Both the position numbers and the translations under genes were made by a program. Shown here piece after piece: positions 1 through 8,125 of a stretch of DNA of 64,000 bases. The DNA is taken from the NCBI GenBank assembly GCA_964607415.1, contig CAZSKK010000002.1, forward strand, positions 158,380 to 222,379, in the 5' to 3' direction. This DNA is from an uncultured Candidatus Saccharibacteria bacterium. GTDB taxonomy: Bacteria > Patescibacteriota > Dojkabacteria > J137. The first letter of the stretch is position 1. Each line of letters opens with the position of its first letter. The notes beneath the pieces are model-generated. The model was not told where the DNA came from. It worked only from the letters and a program-made list of their open reading frames with translations, and did not search any database.

Positions 1-426
1 AGCCCACATATCTTCTGGGTTTCTAATAGAAAGCCCTCTTATGGTGATATAGCTTCTTCCGACAATGTTTAAAATATTTGTTGCAACATTGTTTCCATTG
101 ATATCAGGTATCTCTGCTGGATAAGCCTCGACGATAATTGGATTTGCTACCGTCCCGGATGTAGGGAAGTTTATACTTGATGTTAATGTGTATGTTCCAC
201 CTCTTATAATTAATGTATCACCTTCACCAACAGCATTGTCTAGCGCATATTGAATCGTAGCGAACGGTTCAGCAAGTGTTCCGGGATTTGCATTACTTCC
301 AGTTGTAGCAACATAGTAAGTATTACCCAAAGATTGAACTTTTTCTATGGAGAAAAGTGTAATAGCAGCAAGTTCAAACACAACAAAAGCCACAGCAAAT
401 AGCTGCAAGAGTACTTTATTCTTCAT
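1..426 (-). CDS. Secreted right-handed beta-helix (pectin-lyase-fold) protein; 3' end truncated by the window edge
   Basis: Minus-strand frame is open from ATG at 426-424 to position 1. Translation MKNKVLLQLFAVAFVVFELAAITLFS... gives a signal peptide, then YYVATTGSNANPGT...TLIIRGGTYTL...ITIRGLSIRN, which are typical beta-helix repeats. Confidence 0.5.
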   Translation of the reverse strand, partial: MKNKVLLQLFAVAFVVFELAAITLFSIEKVQSLGNTYYVATTGSNANPGTLAEPFATIQYALDNAVGEGDTLIIRGGTYTLTSSINFPTSGTVANPIIVEAYPAEIPDINGNNVATNILNIVGRSYITIRGLSIRNPEDMWA

Positions 427-606
427 TCTTATTGGCAGTAAAAATAGTTAAGTAAAGTGCTTAACTTTATACTACAATTTTCAAAATCAGAATGCAACCC
501 TATAGTTGAAGTGACTCCACCACCTAATGAATCCTAATTTGAACTAAGGGAAATAAGTTAATAAACCGCGTTATTTAGTGGTTAATGGATCTAGATTAAT
601 TACGCT

Positions 607-1047
607 TTAACGTTTTAGCATTTGTTTACGTATCTCCATCCAAATTTTGCCCATTTCATTTCTACCATTTCCATCAGGTCCGGTCCCCCAAAAACTATCA
701 AATGGATTATCTTCAATAATTTCAGCATCTCCCGATTTTATTAATGCATCACTTACTTCTTTATGTTGCTTGGCCTTTATCGAATTAAGATTCCTCATGA
801 TTTGTACCTTATCCTTTTGGGTTAATTGCTTTTGCAAATGTGAAAAATCATTGGCAACTTTTTTTGCCATAAGAGGACTATTGGCACCTATAATTTTTAA
901 TTTTATTTTTGGGTCATCAAACTTTGCCGCATGGTAAGCATGATCTACAGTTTTATACTCCTCTCCATTAACAATTATCGAATGCGCTGACCAGTTTGAA
1001 AGCATATAATATTCTTTTTCAAAAAAAGTTATCTGTTCTGTTTTCAA
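607..1047 (-). CDS. NADAR-domain protein (YbiA/DUF1768-like N-glycosidase)
   Basis: Motifs EYKTVDHAYHAAKF and FWGTGPDGNGRNEMGKIWMEIR match the NADAR family. Confidence 0.7.
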   Translation of the reverse strand: MKTEQITFFEKEYYMLSNWSAHSIIVNGEEYKTVDHAYHAAKFDDPKIKLKIIGANSPLMAKKVANDFSHLQKQLTQKDKVQIMRNLNSIKAKQHKEVSDALIKSGDAEIIEDNPFDSFWGTGPDGNGRNEMGKIWMEIRKQMLKR

Positions 1048-1146
1048 AATTTAAAAATTAATTTTGGTAAATTAAGGCACTTAGAGTACTTATAATATTT
1101 AGAACTTTGGGAACAAATTTAAAATTTTGGATTTATTTTTAGGATT

Positions 1147-1578
1147 TTAGTAGTTTTTCTCTCTAAAAACTAATATAAAACCATCCGGATCCTTAACCAC
1201 AATCTCTTTTGTCCCCCAAGGAAAATCAGTGATTTCTTTTGCTATTTCAAAATTATTTTTTTCACAAATTTCTAGAACTTCTTCTACTGAATTAACATCT
1301 ATCATTGCTGAAACTTTTGAACTCTTTATTAATTCTCTAAACACTTCCGGTTTAATTGCAATATGATCTTCACCTATTTCCAGCATTGCATTACCAAGAT
1401 TAAAAGTTACCCCTCTATATTTTTCTATTGCTTTAGGAAAATTAAATTTCTTAATAAAATCTTGCGGGCCATATGCAAATTCTTCCTCAAAACCAAATGA
1501 CTTGTAGAATCTATATGACTTTTCAAAGTCTTTTACTTTAATATGTATTCCTAATCTTGATAGTTTTAGTTTTCCCAT
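1147..1578 (-). CDS. VOC/glyoxalase-bleomycin-resistance family protein
   Basis: 143 aa. N-terminal LGIHIKVKDFEKSYRFYKSFGF and C-terminal DPDGFILVF are VOC-fold signatures. Confidence 0.55.
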   Translation of the reverse strand: MGKLKLSRLGIHIKVKDFEKSYRFYKSFGFEEEFAYGPQDFIKKFNFPKAIEKYRGVTFNLGNAMLEIGEDHIAIKPEVFRELIKSSKVSAMIDVNSVEEVLEICEKNNFEIAKEITDFPWGTKEIVVKDPDGFILVFREKNY

Positions 1579-1788
1579 ATAGTTGTAAATTAAAAATATT
1601 TTAGGTTAATTTAGAGCTTTGGATTTCAGACTTCTGGCTTCTGACTTCTTCTAGGCTCTCAGAACTTCAAGGTTTTAATCAGCTTTTTAATTACATACAT
1701 ACTTGCAAACATAATACAGTTTAGTGTAATATAAAGTAAATATGCAGATATACGTATATATGTAAGATTAAGTTGATTGGCCAAGATG

Positions 1789-1825
1789 CTTCTTGAATCA
1801 TGAATCTTAATTCTTGAATCTAATT
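1789..1825 (+). promoter_or_regulatory. TGAATC heptad motif (family copy 1)
   Basis: cttcttgaatcatgaatcttaattcttgaatctaatt has four heptad-spaced TGAATC/TAATTC units. It lies 24 bp upstream of the NDT-like-RHH paralog 1 ATG. Confidence 0.4.
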
Positions 1826-1848
1826 GCTACCAACTTACCGCTAATTAT

Positions 1849-2403
1849 ATGAAAGTATTTTTTACCGCCTCCTACTCAGGAAAGCAAAAGTATCAAAAGT
1901 ACTACGACCTTGTTCTAAAAGCTATTCAATCAACAGGCGCAGATATCATTTCCCCTGAACTTAACAATTATAAAAAGATTTTGACTCAAGTTGAAATGAA
2001 TAGTCTAAAAACAGACAAGGAAATTCATTATGAAGCGATAAGAAAAGGGATTATTTGGGCCGACGTTGTAATAATAGAGATTAGTAATCCCGATTTTCAA
2101 CTAGGATATGAAGCAAACCTTGCCATCCAATCTAAAAAACCAGTTTTATGCCTTTCTACAATCGAAGATTTTAGCTTAAAAATACACCACCGTTTTTTTT
2201 ATGGTGCAAAATATACAAAGTTTAATGTAAAAGACTTTGTGGTTGATTTTATTGTAAAGCACAGAAAAGAATTACTTTCAGAAAGATTTAATTTTTTTAT
2301 TTCAAAATCACAACTTCAACATTTGACAATTCAGTCAGAGAAAAATGGAATTAATATGTCTGAATATCTAAGAAAACTAATAGAAGATGATATGATTAAT
2401 TAG
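1849..2403 (+). CDS. Nucleoside 2-deoxyribosyltransferase-like (NDT/SLOG-type) domain fused to C-terminal ribbon-helix-helix (paralog 1 of 3)
   Basis: KVFFTASYSG...ADVVIIEISNPDFQLGYEANLAIQSKKPVLCL matches the NDT-like core, with a conserved Glu in the GYE motif. The C-terminal FNFFISKSQLQHLTIQSEKNGINMSEYLRKLIEDDM has a strand-helix-turn-helix RHH pattern. Confidence 0.55.
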   Translation: MKVFFTASYSGKQKYQKYYDLVLKAIQSTGADIISPELNNYKKILTQVEMNSLKTDKEIHYEAIRKGIIWADVVIIEISNPDFQLGYEANLAIQSKKPVLCLSTIEDFSLKIHHRFFYGAKYTKFNVKDFVVDFIVKHRKELLSERFNFFISKSQLQHLTIQSEKNGINMSEYLRKLIEDDMIN

Positions 2404-3784
2404 TTTTAGCTTTGTGAAGTAATGTTAAGGAAATTAATGGAAAGAGATTTAAATACATATAGTTCCATGTAACAGCATTAAATTGTATAAATACAAAAAA
2501 TACAACGCTCAAAAAGAAAAGTAAACCGCTAAAAGTTTTCATGTGCTTCAAAGAAAGCAAACCAACAATAGCACTTAAACCTATTTGAAAAGGATAAATC
2601 AAGTTCTTAAGTTTAAAAACTTGCATTATTGGTGTTAAATGAATTGCTGTTTCTGACCACCAGCCATCCTTTATTGTCTGGCTATAGAATTCAATTGTAT
2701 GAATCCTATACGATTCAAAATCAGGAAGAACAAACGCCAGAAGCAACCCGATGCCAAGGATAAGTGAGCTAATACATACAAATATCGCTTGTTTTATTTG
2801 GTATTTTTTTAAAATATAAACAAAAACAAACGGAGTAAAAATCCATGCCCACACCTGTGTAAATATTCCAATCCCCCATGCAATTGCAAAGTGATTAAGC
2901 TTATTTCTTGATAAATAATAAAGACTTGAAATTAATAAAAACCAAAACGGAGGATCGTATAGATCCGATCTGGTTATTTTATAAGGAGTCAATAAAAATA
3001 TGGTTATAATCAATATAAAAAAGATCGCTCGTAAGTCAAAAGTTATTTTTTGCCTTGACTTATAAAAGAACTTATACAAAACAGTAACAACTCCCAAATT
3101 ATATAAAATGCTTAAAAATCTAGGATCAAATCCCAAAATTACACTTGGAATATAAAATAAAAAAGTACCTGGCTGCCTTACTGCCTGAGTAAAACTTCCG
3201 TTATCAAGTAAAAAAAACTGATAAATACTCTCTCCTTTTAAAAAAGCATCTCCTTGTTTAAGAATGATAGGCATAAGATCTGTAACTTTTGCCGTAATTG
3301 GAAAGTAATAAATTTGGAGTAATGAGAAAGCGATAAATGTTAGTAGTATTATAAAAAAAGCTTCCTTTACTTTTTTAGCAAATAGAAATAAACAAAAACT
3401 TATTAGGCAAGCTATCCAAACTAACCACACAATACCCTTCTGCTTTTCTATGCCCAAAGAATCTATGTTTTTGATAGTCAAAACTGAAATGGCAAGTAAA
3501 TTAAATGCAAAAATCAGTACAACTACATATAAAAAATAATGCATTGTAATAGTTTGTTTACCCAATGTGAAATTGTATTTTCTGAAGATTAAAATAATGT
3601 TAAAAAAAACTATAGAACTTAACACCCCAAGAATCAAACTTAAAAGCTTTCTATCAATGTCCGAATCAAGCGGGAAGAAGCCATCACCTTTAATTGTTAG
3701 GATTGTAGCCAACGCAAAAAAAAGTGATCCATTTATAAATAAACTTATTTGGAACTTTTTTAAATTATTATTTTTAATTCTCAT
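2396..3784 (-). CDS. Polytopic membrane protein, putative GT-C-type glycosyltransferase
   Basis: 462 aa with more than 10 predicted TM helices. No soluble domain recognised. Assignment is by architecture only. Confidence 0.35.
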   Translation of the reverse strand: MRIKNNNLKKFQISLFINGSLFFALATILTIKGDGFFPLDSDIDRKLLSLILGVLSSIVFFNIILIFRKYNFTLGKQTITMHYFLYVVVLIFAFNLLAISVLTIKNIDSLGIEKQKGIVWLVWIACLISFCLFLFAKKVKEAFFIILLTFIAFSLLQIYYFPITAKVTDLMPIILKQGDAFLKGESIYQFFLLDNGSFTQAVRQPGTFLFYIPSVILGFDPRFLSILYNLGVVTVLYKFFYKSRQKITFDLRAIFFILIITIFLLTPYKITRSDLYDPPFWFLLISSLYYLSRNKLNHFAIAWGIGIFTQVWAWIFTPFVFVYILKKYQIKQAIFVCISSLILGIGLLLAFVLPDFESYRIHTIEFYSQTIKDGWWSETAIHLTPIMQVFKLKNLIYPFQIGLSAIVGLLSLKHMKTFSGLLFFLSVVFFVFIQFNAVTWNYMYLNLFPLISLTLLHKAKTN

Positions 3785-3814
3785 AAACTTTAACTTCCTG
3801 TAAAATCAATTACC

Positions 3815-4468
3815 ATGATTTCGAAAGAACTAAACAAAAAAATATTAGCATTTTTTCTTTCTATTGTTTTTACAATAATATTTCTGCACATTACATTAAG
3901 CCAAGTTAGAGTTTTTGGTAAACACGACAGCATTTTTTATATGGATAGCCCTATCAGCCTTGCTAACCATTATGTTACAGTTATAAGTTTTATTGCTGCG
4001 TCCATTTTTTTATTATTTTTAACTACCTCAAAGCTGCAAATAAAAGAAAAAATAATTTATGCCATATTTTCATTATTTCTTTTTGCCCTTTCCTTTGATG
4101 AATACATAGAAATTCATGAAGCCAGTATTGATTTAGTAAAAAAATACTTTCCTGATAGCGATTTCGCAAGCGTTCTAGAACTGAGTTGGGTTTTGGTTCT
4201 GCTTGTCCCAATAATTGGTTTTATTGTGTTTGTAATTTTTTCAACTTTCAAAGAACGAAACAGTACTGTAAGAAAGCTATTGATAACTGGAATTATTCTT
4301 TTTTCTTTAATTCTTATTTCCGAAGTAGTTGGAGTTAATAGCTATAGCCATTCAAACCTATACTTTTCATTAGTTACGATTGAAGAATCGTCTGAAATGC
4401 TTTGTGTTACAATATTTTTATATGCAGCTCTAGAGAAACTACTTGAAAGCAGTAATATAAAAAGTTAA
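3815..4468 (+). CDS. Integral membrane protein (unknown function)
   Basis: 217 aa with multiple hydrophobic helices. Confidence 0.4.
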   Translation: MISKELNKKILAFFLSIVFTIIFLHITLSQVRVFGKHDSIFYMDSPISLANHYVTVISFIAASIFLLFLTTSKLQIKEKIIYAIFSLFLFALSFDEYIEIHEASIDLVKKYFPDSDFASVLELSWVLVLLVPIIGFIVFVIFSTFKERNSTVRKLLITGIILFSLILISEVVGVNSYSHSNLYFSLVTIEESSEMLCVTIFLYAALEKLLESSNIKS

Positions 4469-4500
4469 ATTTAAAGTATTAAAAATTTAAAATATACCTT

Positions 4501-4986
4501 ATGGGGAAAAAAACAGCGAGTTCTCAAAAACCTTTTGTCTCTAGTCAAGAACTTGTTCGAGGGTTTTTAATATTTTCAACCGTGTACTTCCCAGTCTCTG
4601 TTCTTTTTTTAAATAACGGAAAGCTTGAAGAACTAATCCTTGGTATTTTCACTTTTTTGCTAGCTTCAACCGGAATTATTTTAATTGCAAAATATCTTTG
4701 GATTGTTGGCGAATTTTTAAATGGCGCAAGAAGCAAACTAGGCGATCTTTTCAGATCATACTTTACTATGGTATTTTTACCTTTATGCATGTTTAAAGTC
4801 TTTGCATATAATATTTTGCAATTGATTCCAACATCCAATACTAATGAACTTTACTGCGACATAAGACATTTTGTATTAGGTATTTACCAAGTTACGGATC
4901 CACAATTTATTTTAAACTACTTAATTTTAGGTAGTTTAGTATTTATAGGATTACTAACAATTAGAAAGCTTACGCCCGTTGAATAA
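4501..4986 (+). CDS. Integral membrane protein (unknown function)
   Basis: 161 aa hydrophobic ORF. Confidence 0.35.
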   Translation: MGKKTASSQKPFVSSQELVRGFLIFSTVYFPVSVLFLNNGKLEELILGIFTFLLASTGIILIAKYLWIVGEFLNGARSKLGDLFRSYFTMVFLPLCMFKVFAYNILQLIPTSNTNELYCDIRHFVLGIYQVTDPQFILNYLILGSLVFIGLLTIRKLTPVE

Positions 4987-5440
4987 AAAGATTTAAACCC
5001 TTTTGCCTTAAGATAATAGTTAAGACCATCGTTATATTTACAAGAAAAATGTAGCCTGGGAATCCAATGTCGCGCATACTGTATGTTTCTAGCGAAAGCA
5101 GCACTAAAACTGAGGCTACAACATCACAAAAATAAAATTTTGCCACCTCTGTAAATGGCTGTCTATAAGCCTTGATAATCGATGGGCTTGTTCCAATAAA
5201 ATCAGTAAGTATAGATAGATAAAGTGCTATTATAGGATTTGAAGTTGAATACCATATTAACAAAGTTATACCTGCAGTAATTAATACAGAAATATCTAGC
5301 TTACTTTTCCCTCCCATTCCATACCTAAGTGACAACAAAAAAAGTATTATACATGCGCCCAATTGAACTATTGCTACAAAAAGCCCTTTTCTTTCACCCG
5401 ATAAAAACAAAGTCGCTACATATAATGAAACAATTATCAC
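4970..5440 (-). CDS. Integral membrane protein (unknown function)
   Basis: 156 aa with about 4 TM helices. Confidence 0.4.
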   Translation of the reverse strand: MIIVSLYVATLFLSGERKGLFVAIVQLGACIILFLLSLRYGMGGKSKLDISVLITAGITLLIWYSTSNPIIALYLSILTDFIGTSPSIIKAYRQPFTEVAKFYFCDVVASVLVLLSLETYSMRDIGFPGYIFLVNITMVLTIILRQKGLNLFIQRA

Positions 5441-5549
5441 ATAAATAAACCAGTTCTTTGAGGCTTATACTCTCCTTTGAAAATAGACACAATGGCGATT
5501 ACAGGACCTACAAGTGAGACCAAAATTGATGTAAAAAGAAAAACTTCTT

Positions 5550-5951
5550 TCATGAATTAGATTCTAAAAATGTAGTATATAAATTTTTAAAATATGGCGG
5601 GAAATCTTCTATGTTTGAATCAAAAACCGATTGAAACCAGAAGCAGTTTCTAAGATATGCCCTTAAACCTATTGGATGAACACCTTGTGTAAAACCATTG
5701 TCTTTTAACTCATCTATTTCATCGATATCTATATAGACTTTTACAAATATCTTACCTGCTTGTACAGCAAATAAAAAACCGCTTACAACAGCACAAGTAC
5801 CATCCAAATTATCGACATTTCTTTGCCAATCATCAGGCAATGCTTCCATTCCCAGCATTTCTAGTGGGACAGGCACGTTATAGTTAAGACTTTCCATAAA
5901 CTTTCCACGCAATAAATTATTTGTTATGATTTTAAAGTATTTATCTGTCAA
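5550..5951 (-). CDS. Hypothetical protein
   Basis: 133 aa ORF divergent from the TrmB regulator. No recognisable motif. Confidence 0.35.
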   Translation of the reverse strand: MTDKYFKIITNNLLRGKFMESLNYNVPVPLEMLGMEALPDDWQRNVDNLDGTCAVVSGFLFAVQAGKIFVKVYIDIDEIDELKDNGFTQGVHPIGLRAYLRNCFWFQSVFDSNIEDFPPYFKNLYTTFLESNS

Positions 5952-5961
5952 CCTAAATCAG

Positions 5962-6786
5962 ATGTCCGGAATGCCAGACAACTTAATTAATAATTTGAAG
6001 GTTTTTGGTTTATCTACCGAAGAGGCCGAACTTTATATCTTATTAATTAAAAAGGGGGCACTTACAGCTTTAAATATAAGTCGAGACCTAAAAATTGCCC
6101 GAACGAAAGTATACCGTCTCCTAGAAAAATTAAAGGAAAAGGGATTTGTAGTAGAAGAAATACAAAGCTATGGTTCAAAATTTAAGGCTGAATCATACGA
6201 AAGATTTAATGCAATAATTAAGGACAAAGAGGAAGAGCTTAAGCACATAAAAAATCACTCCGCCGAGCTTTTTAATACACTCGCCTCTCTTCAATCAGTG
6301 GATAATCAAAACTCTAAAATCTTGTACTACAAAGGAGTTGAAGGGCTTAAGCAAGTAACTTGGAACAGTTTAAAAGCAAAAAACATTCTAAGAATATTCG
6401 AAATAAAAGATATGTCAGGGTTCTTGAGCTTTGATTTTGCTGAAAAAGTAAGACAAGAGCTTGTAGAAAGGAAAATAATGACCCATCAACTTACCAATTT
6501 ACCCAAAATTGAGGGGTATTCAGAAAACACTACCCATGTAACAAAATTTTGGACTCCACGATATATCAATCCTGAATTCCTAAATATTGATTTTGAAATT
6601 TTAATTTATAACGATGTTTACTGCATGTATAACTATAAAGATGATGACATTTTTATCGTTGAGATTTATAATGAAAAGCTAGCTAGAATGCAAAAAAAGA
6701 TTTTTGATTTTGTATGGAGCCAGTCACTACCAATGCAGATATTAAACAATAAAGGTGAAGCAGCAATAAAAAGCGTCCGTGCTTAG
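5962..6786 (+). CDS. TrmB-family transcriptional regulator
   Basis: N-terminal LSTEEAELYILLIKKGALTALNISRDLKIARTKVYRLLEKLKEKGFV is a TrmB wHTH. Length is about 275 aa, full-length with effector domain. Start placed at the internal ATG (5962) to avoid overlap with the upstream divergent ORF. Confidence 0.65.
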   Translation: MSGMPDNLINNLKVFGLSTEEAELYILLIKKGALTALNISRDLKIARTKVYRLLEKLKEKGFVVEEIQSYGSKFKAESYERFNAIIKDKEEELKHIKNHSAELFNTLASLQSVDNQNSKILYYKGVEGLKQVTWNSLKAKNILRIFEIKDMSGFLSFDFAEKVRQELVERKIMTHQLTNLPKIEGYSENTTHVTKFWTPRYINPEFLNIDFEILIYNDVYCMYNYKDDDIFIVEIYNEKLARMQKKIFDFVWSQSLPMQILNNKGEAAIKSVRA

Positions 6787-6834
6787 GACAAAATAATTAA
6801 AAAAGTATAAATAAATAAGATTGTTTTTAAAATC

Positions 6835-7482
6835 ATGGTTTTAAAATTCTTGAAACAATTGATTGATGGGTTTAGAAAATACTCCTTTGAGCTGTTCATA
6901 GGCTTTGCAATTTTTTTGTCTGGACTAACCTCTGCATATATAGCTGGCCAGTTTTTGGACACCAATTATCCAAATCCTGCACGCCCAGACGATTTGATTT
7001 TAGATAGCATAGACGAAATTAAAGTTCTTGTTTTAGTTGCAGAAATTACTTCAACTACGGTATCACTGTTTATTGTGCATAAAGCTTTAGCAACCAGACT
7101 CAAAGAATTGCCAGAATACTTCACAAAAATAGGAATTTTATACATCTTAAGATCCATTTCCATAGTTGTTACCCCTCTGGCGCAAATTCAGGATGCGGCA
7201 ACAAACGGTAGCAACCCTTTACTTGCAAGTTTATTCTATAAAGGTATGTTTTTTTCTGGCCATACCGGCCTGGCTTTTCTAATTTACTTTTTAGAAAAGA
7301 AGAACAAAAAACTTAAAATTGCCAAACTTTTTGTAGCTACAGTAACTGCAGTTTCTGTTGTACTTTCCCACTCGCACTATACTATTGATGTAATTGGCGG
7401 ATTCTTGGCAGCTTACTTTGTTGCCAATTTAAATGTAAGCTTAATTAACAAAAAGAACTTCAAAATATTTGATGATAAGTAG
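6835..7482 (+). CDS. PAP2-superfamily membrane phosphatase/phosphotransferase
   Basis: SGHTGLAF and LSHSHYTIDVIGG match PAP2 motifs 2 and 3. Multiple TM helices. Confidence 0.55.
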   Translation: MVLKFLKQLIDGFRKYSFELFIGFAIFLSGLTSAYIAGQFLDTNYPNPARPDDLILDSIDEIKVLVLVAEITSTTVSLFIVHKALATRLKELPEYFTKIGILYILRSISIVVTPLAQIQDAATNGSNPLLASLFYKGMFFSGHTGLAFLIYFLEKKNKKLKIAKLFVATVTAVSVVLSHSHYTIDVIGGFLAAYFVANLNVSLINKKNFKIFDDK

Positions 7483-8125
7483 CATCTTTACCATAAAGAA
7501 GTTTTTCTTATTATCACTAGCAGCTTTTCTGTTAGCCTTTTTGTTCATATTTTTACATTTTTACCTCTATTTCGATTTAATCCGCTTTGATAAAGACAGA
7601 TCCTTGCAAGAATTAGTTGAAATAACATTACTTATAGCTTCTAGTCTCATTTGCAATGAAATTATTTTTAAAACCACAAAAAACTTTGTTTTCAAAATTT
7701 TGAGCTTTATTCTCCTTTTTGCAGCTTTCGACGACCTATTCGGTGTTCATGAAATTTTTGGCGCGCTATTTTCGTACATGATGCTTACAAAATCAATTGC
7801 TGAGTCTTTAGGCTCGGAACCGCAAGATATCGGAGAAATGTTTTACTTTGGGAGCCAGGGTATATTTTTTTCTTGGTTATTGATAAAAGATTATAGAAGC
7901 ATAAAATTCGGAATGGCCCCAATACTAATTAGTTCTTTATTCATTTTTACAGGTGGAGTTTTAATTGATTTTTTCAGATCGTTCAGCTTTTTTCCTGAAA
8001 TAAAAAACATCGGGTTTTTTGAAGATTTTATTGAATATCTAGGAATAAATCTTATTTTCCTTTCAACTTTCTACTATACTGTAGGTGTATTTAAAAAAGT
8101 GAAAAATGTCCCAACCTCTAAATGA
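7469..8125 (+). CDS. Integral membrane protein (unknown function)
   Basis: 218 aa hydrophobic ORF. Confidence 0.4.
   Translation: MMISSIFTIKKFFLLSLAAFLLAFLFIFLHFYLYFDLIRFDKDRSLQELVEITLLIASSLICNEIIFKTTKNFVFKILSFILLFAAFDDLFGVHEIFGALFSYMMLTKSIAESLGSEPQDIGEMFYFGSQGIFFSWLLIKDYRSIKFGMAPILISSLFIFTGGVLIDFFRSFSFFPEIKNIGFFEDFIEYLGINLIFLSTFYYTVGVFKKVKNVPTSK

Noticed and set aside
647-937. 96-aa + strand ORF inside the NADAR gene
   Set aside because: It is entirely antisense to a well-supported NADAR CDS and has a low-complexity hydrophobic composition. It is a spurious antisense ORF.
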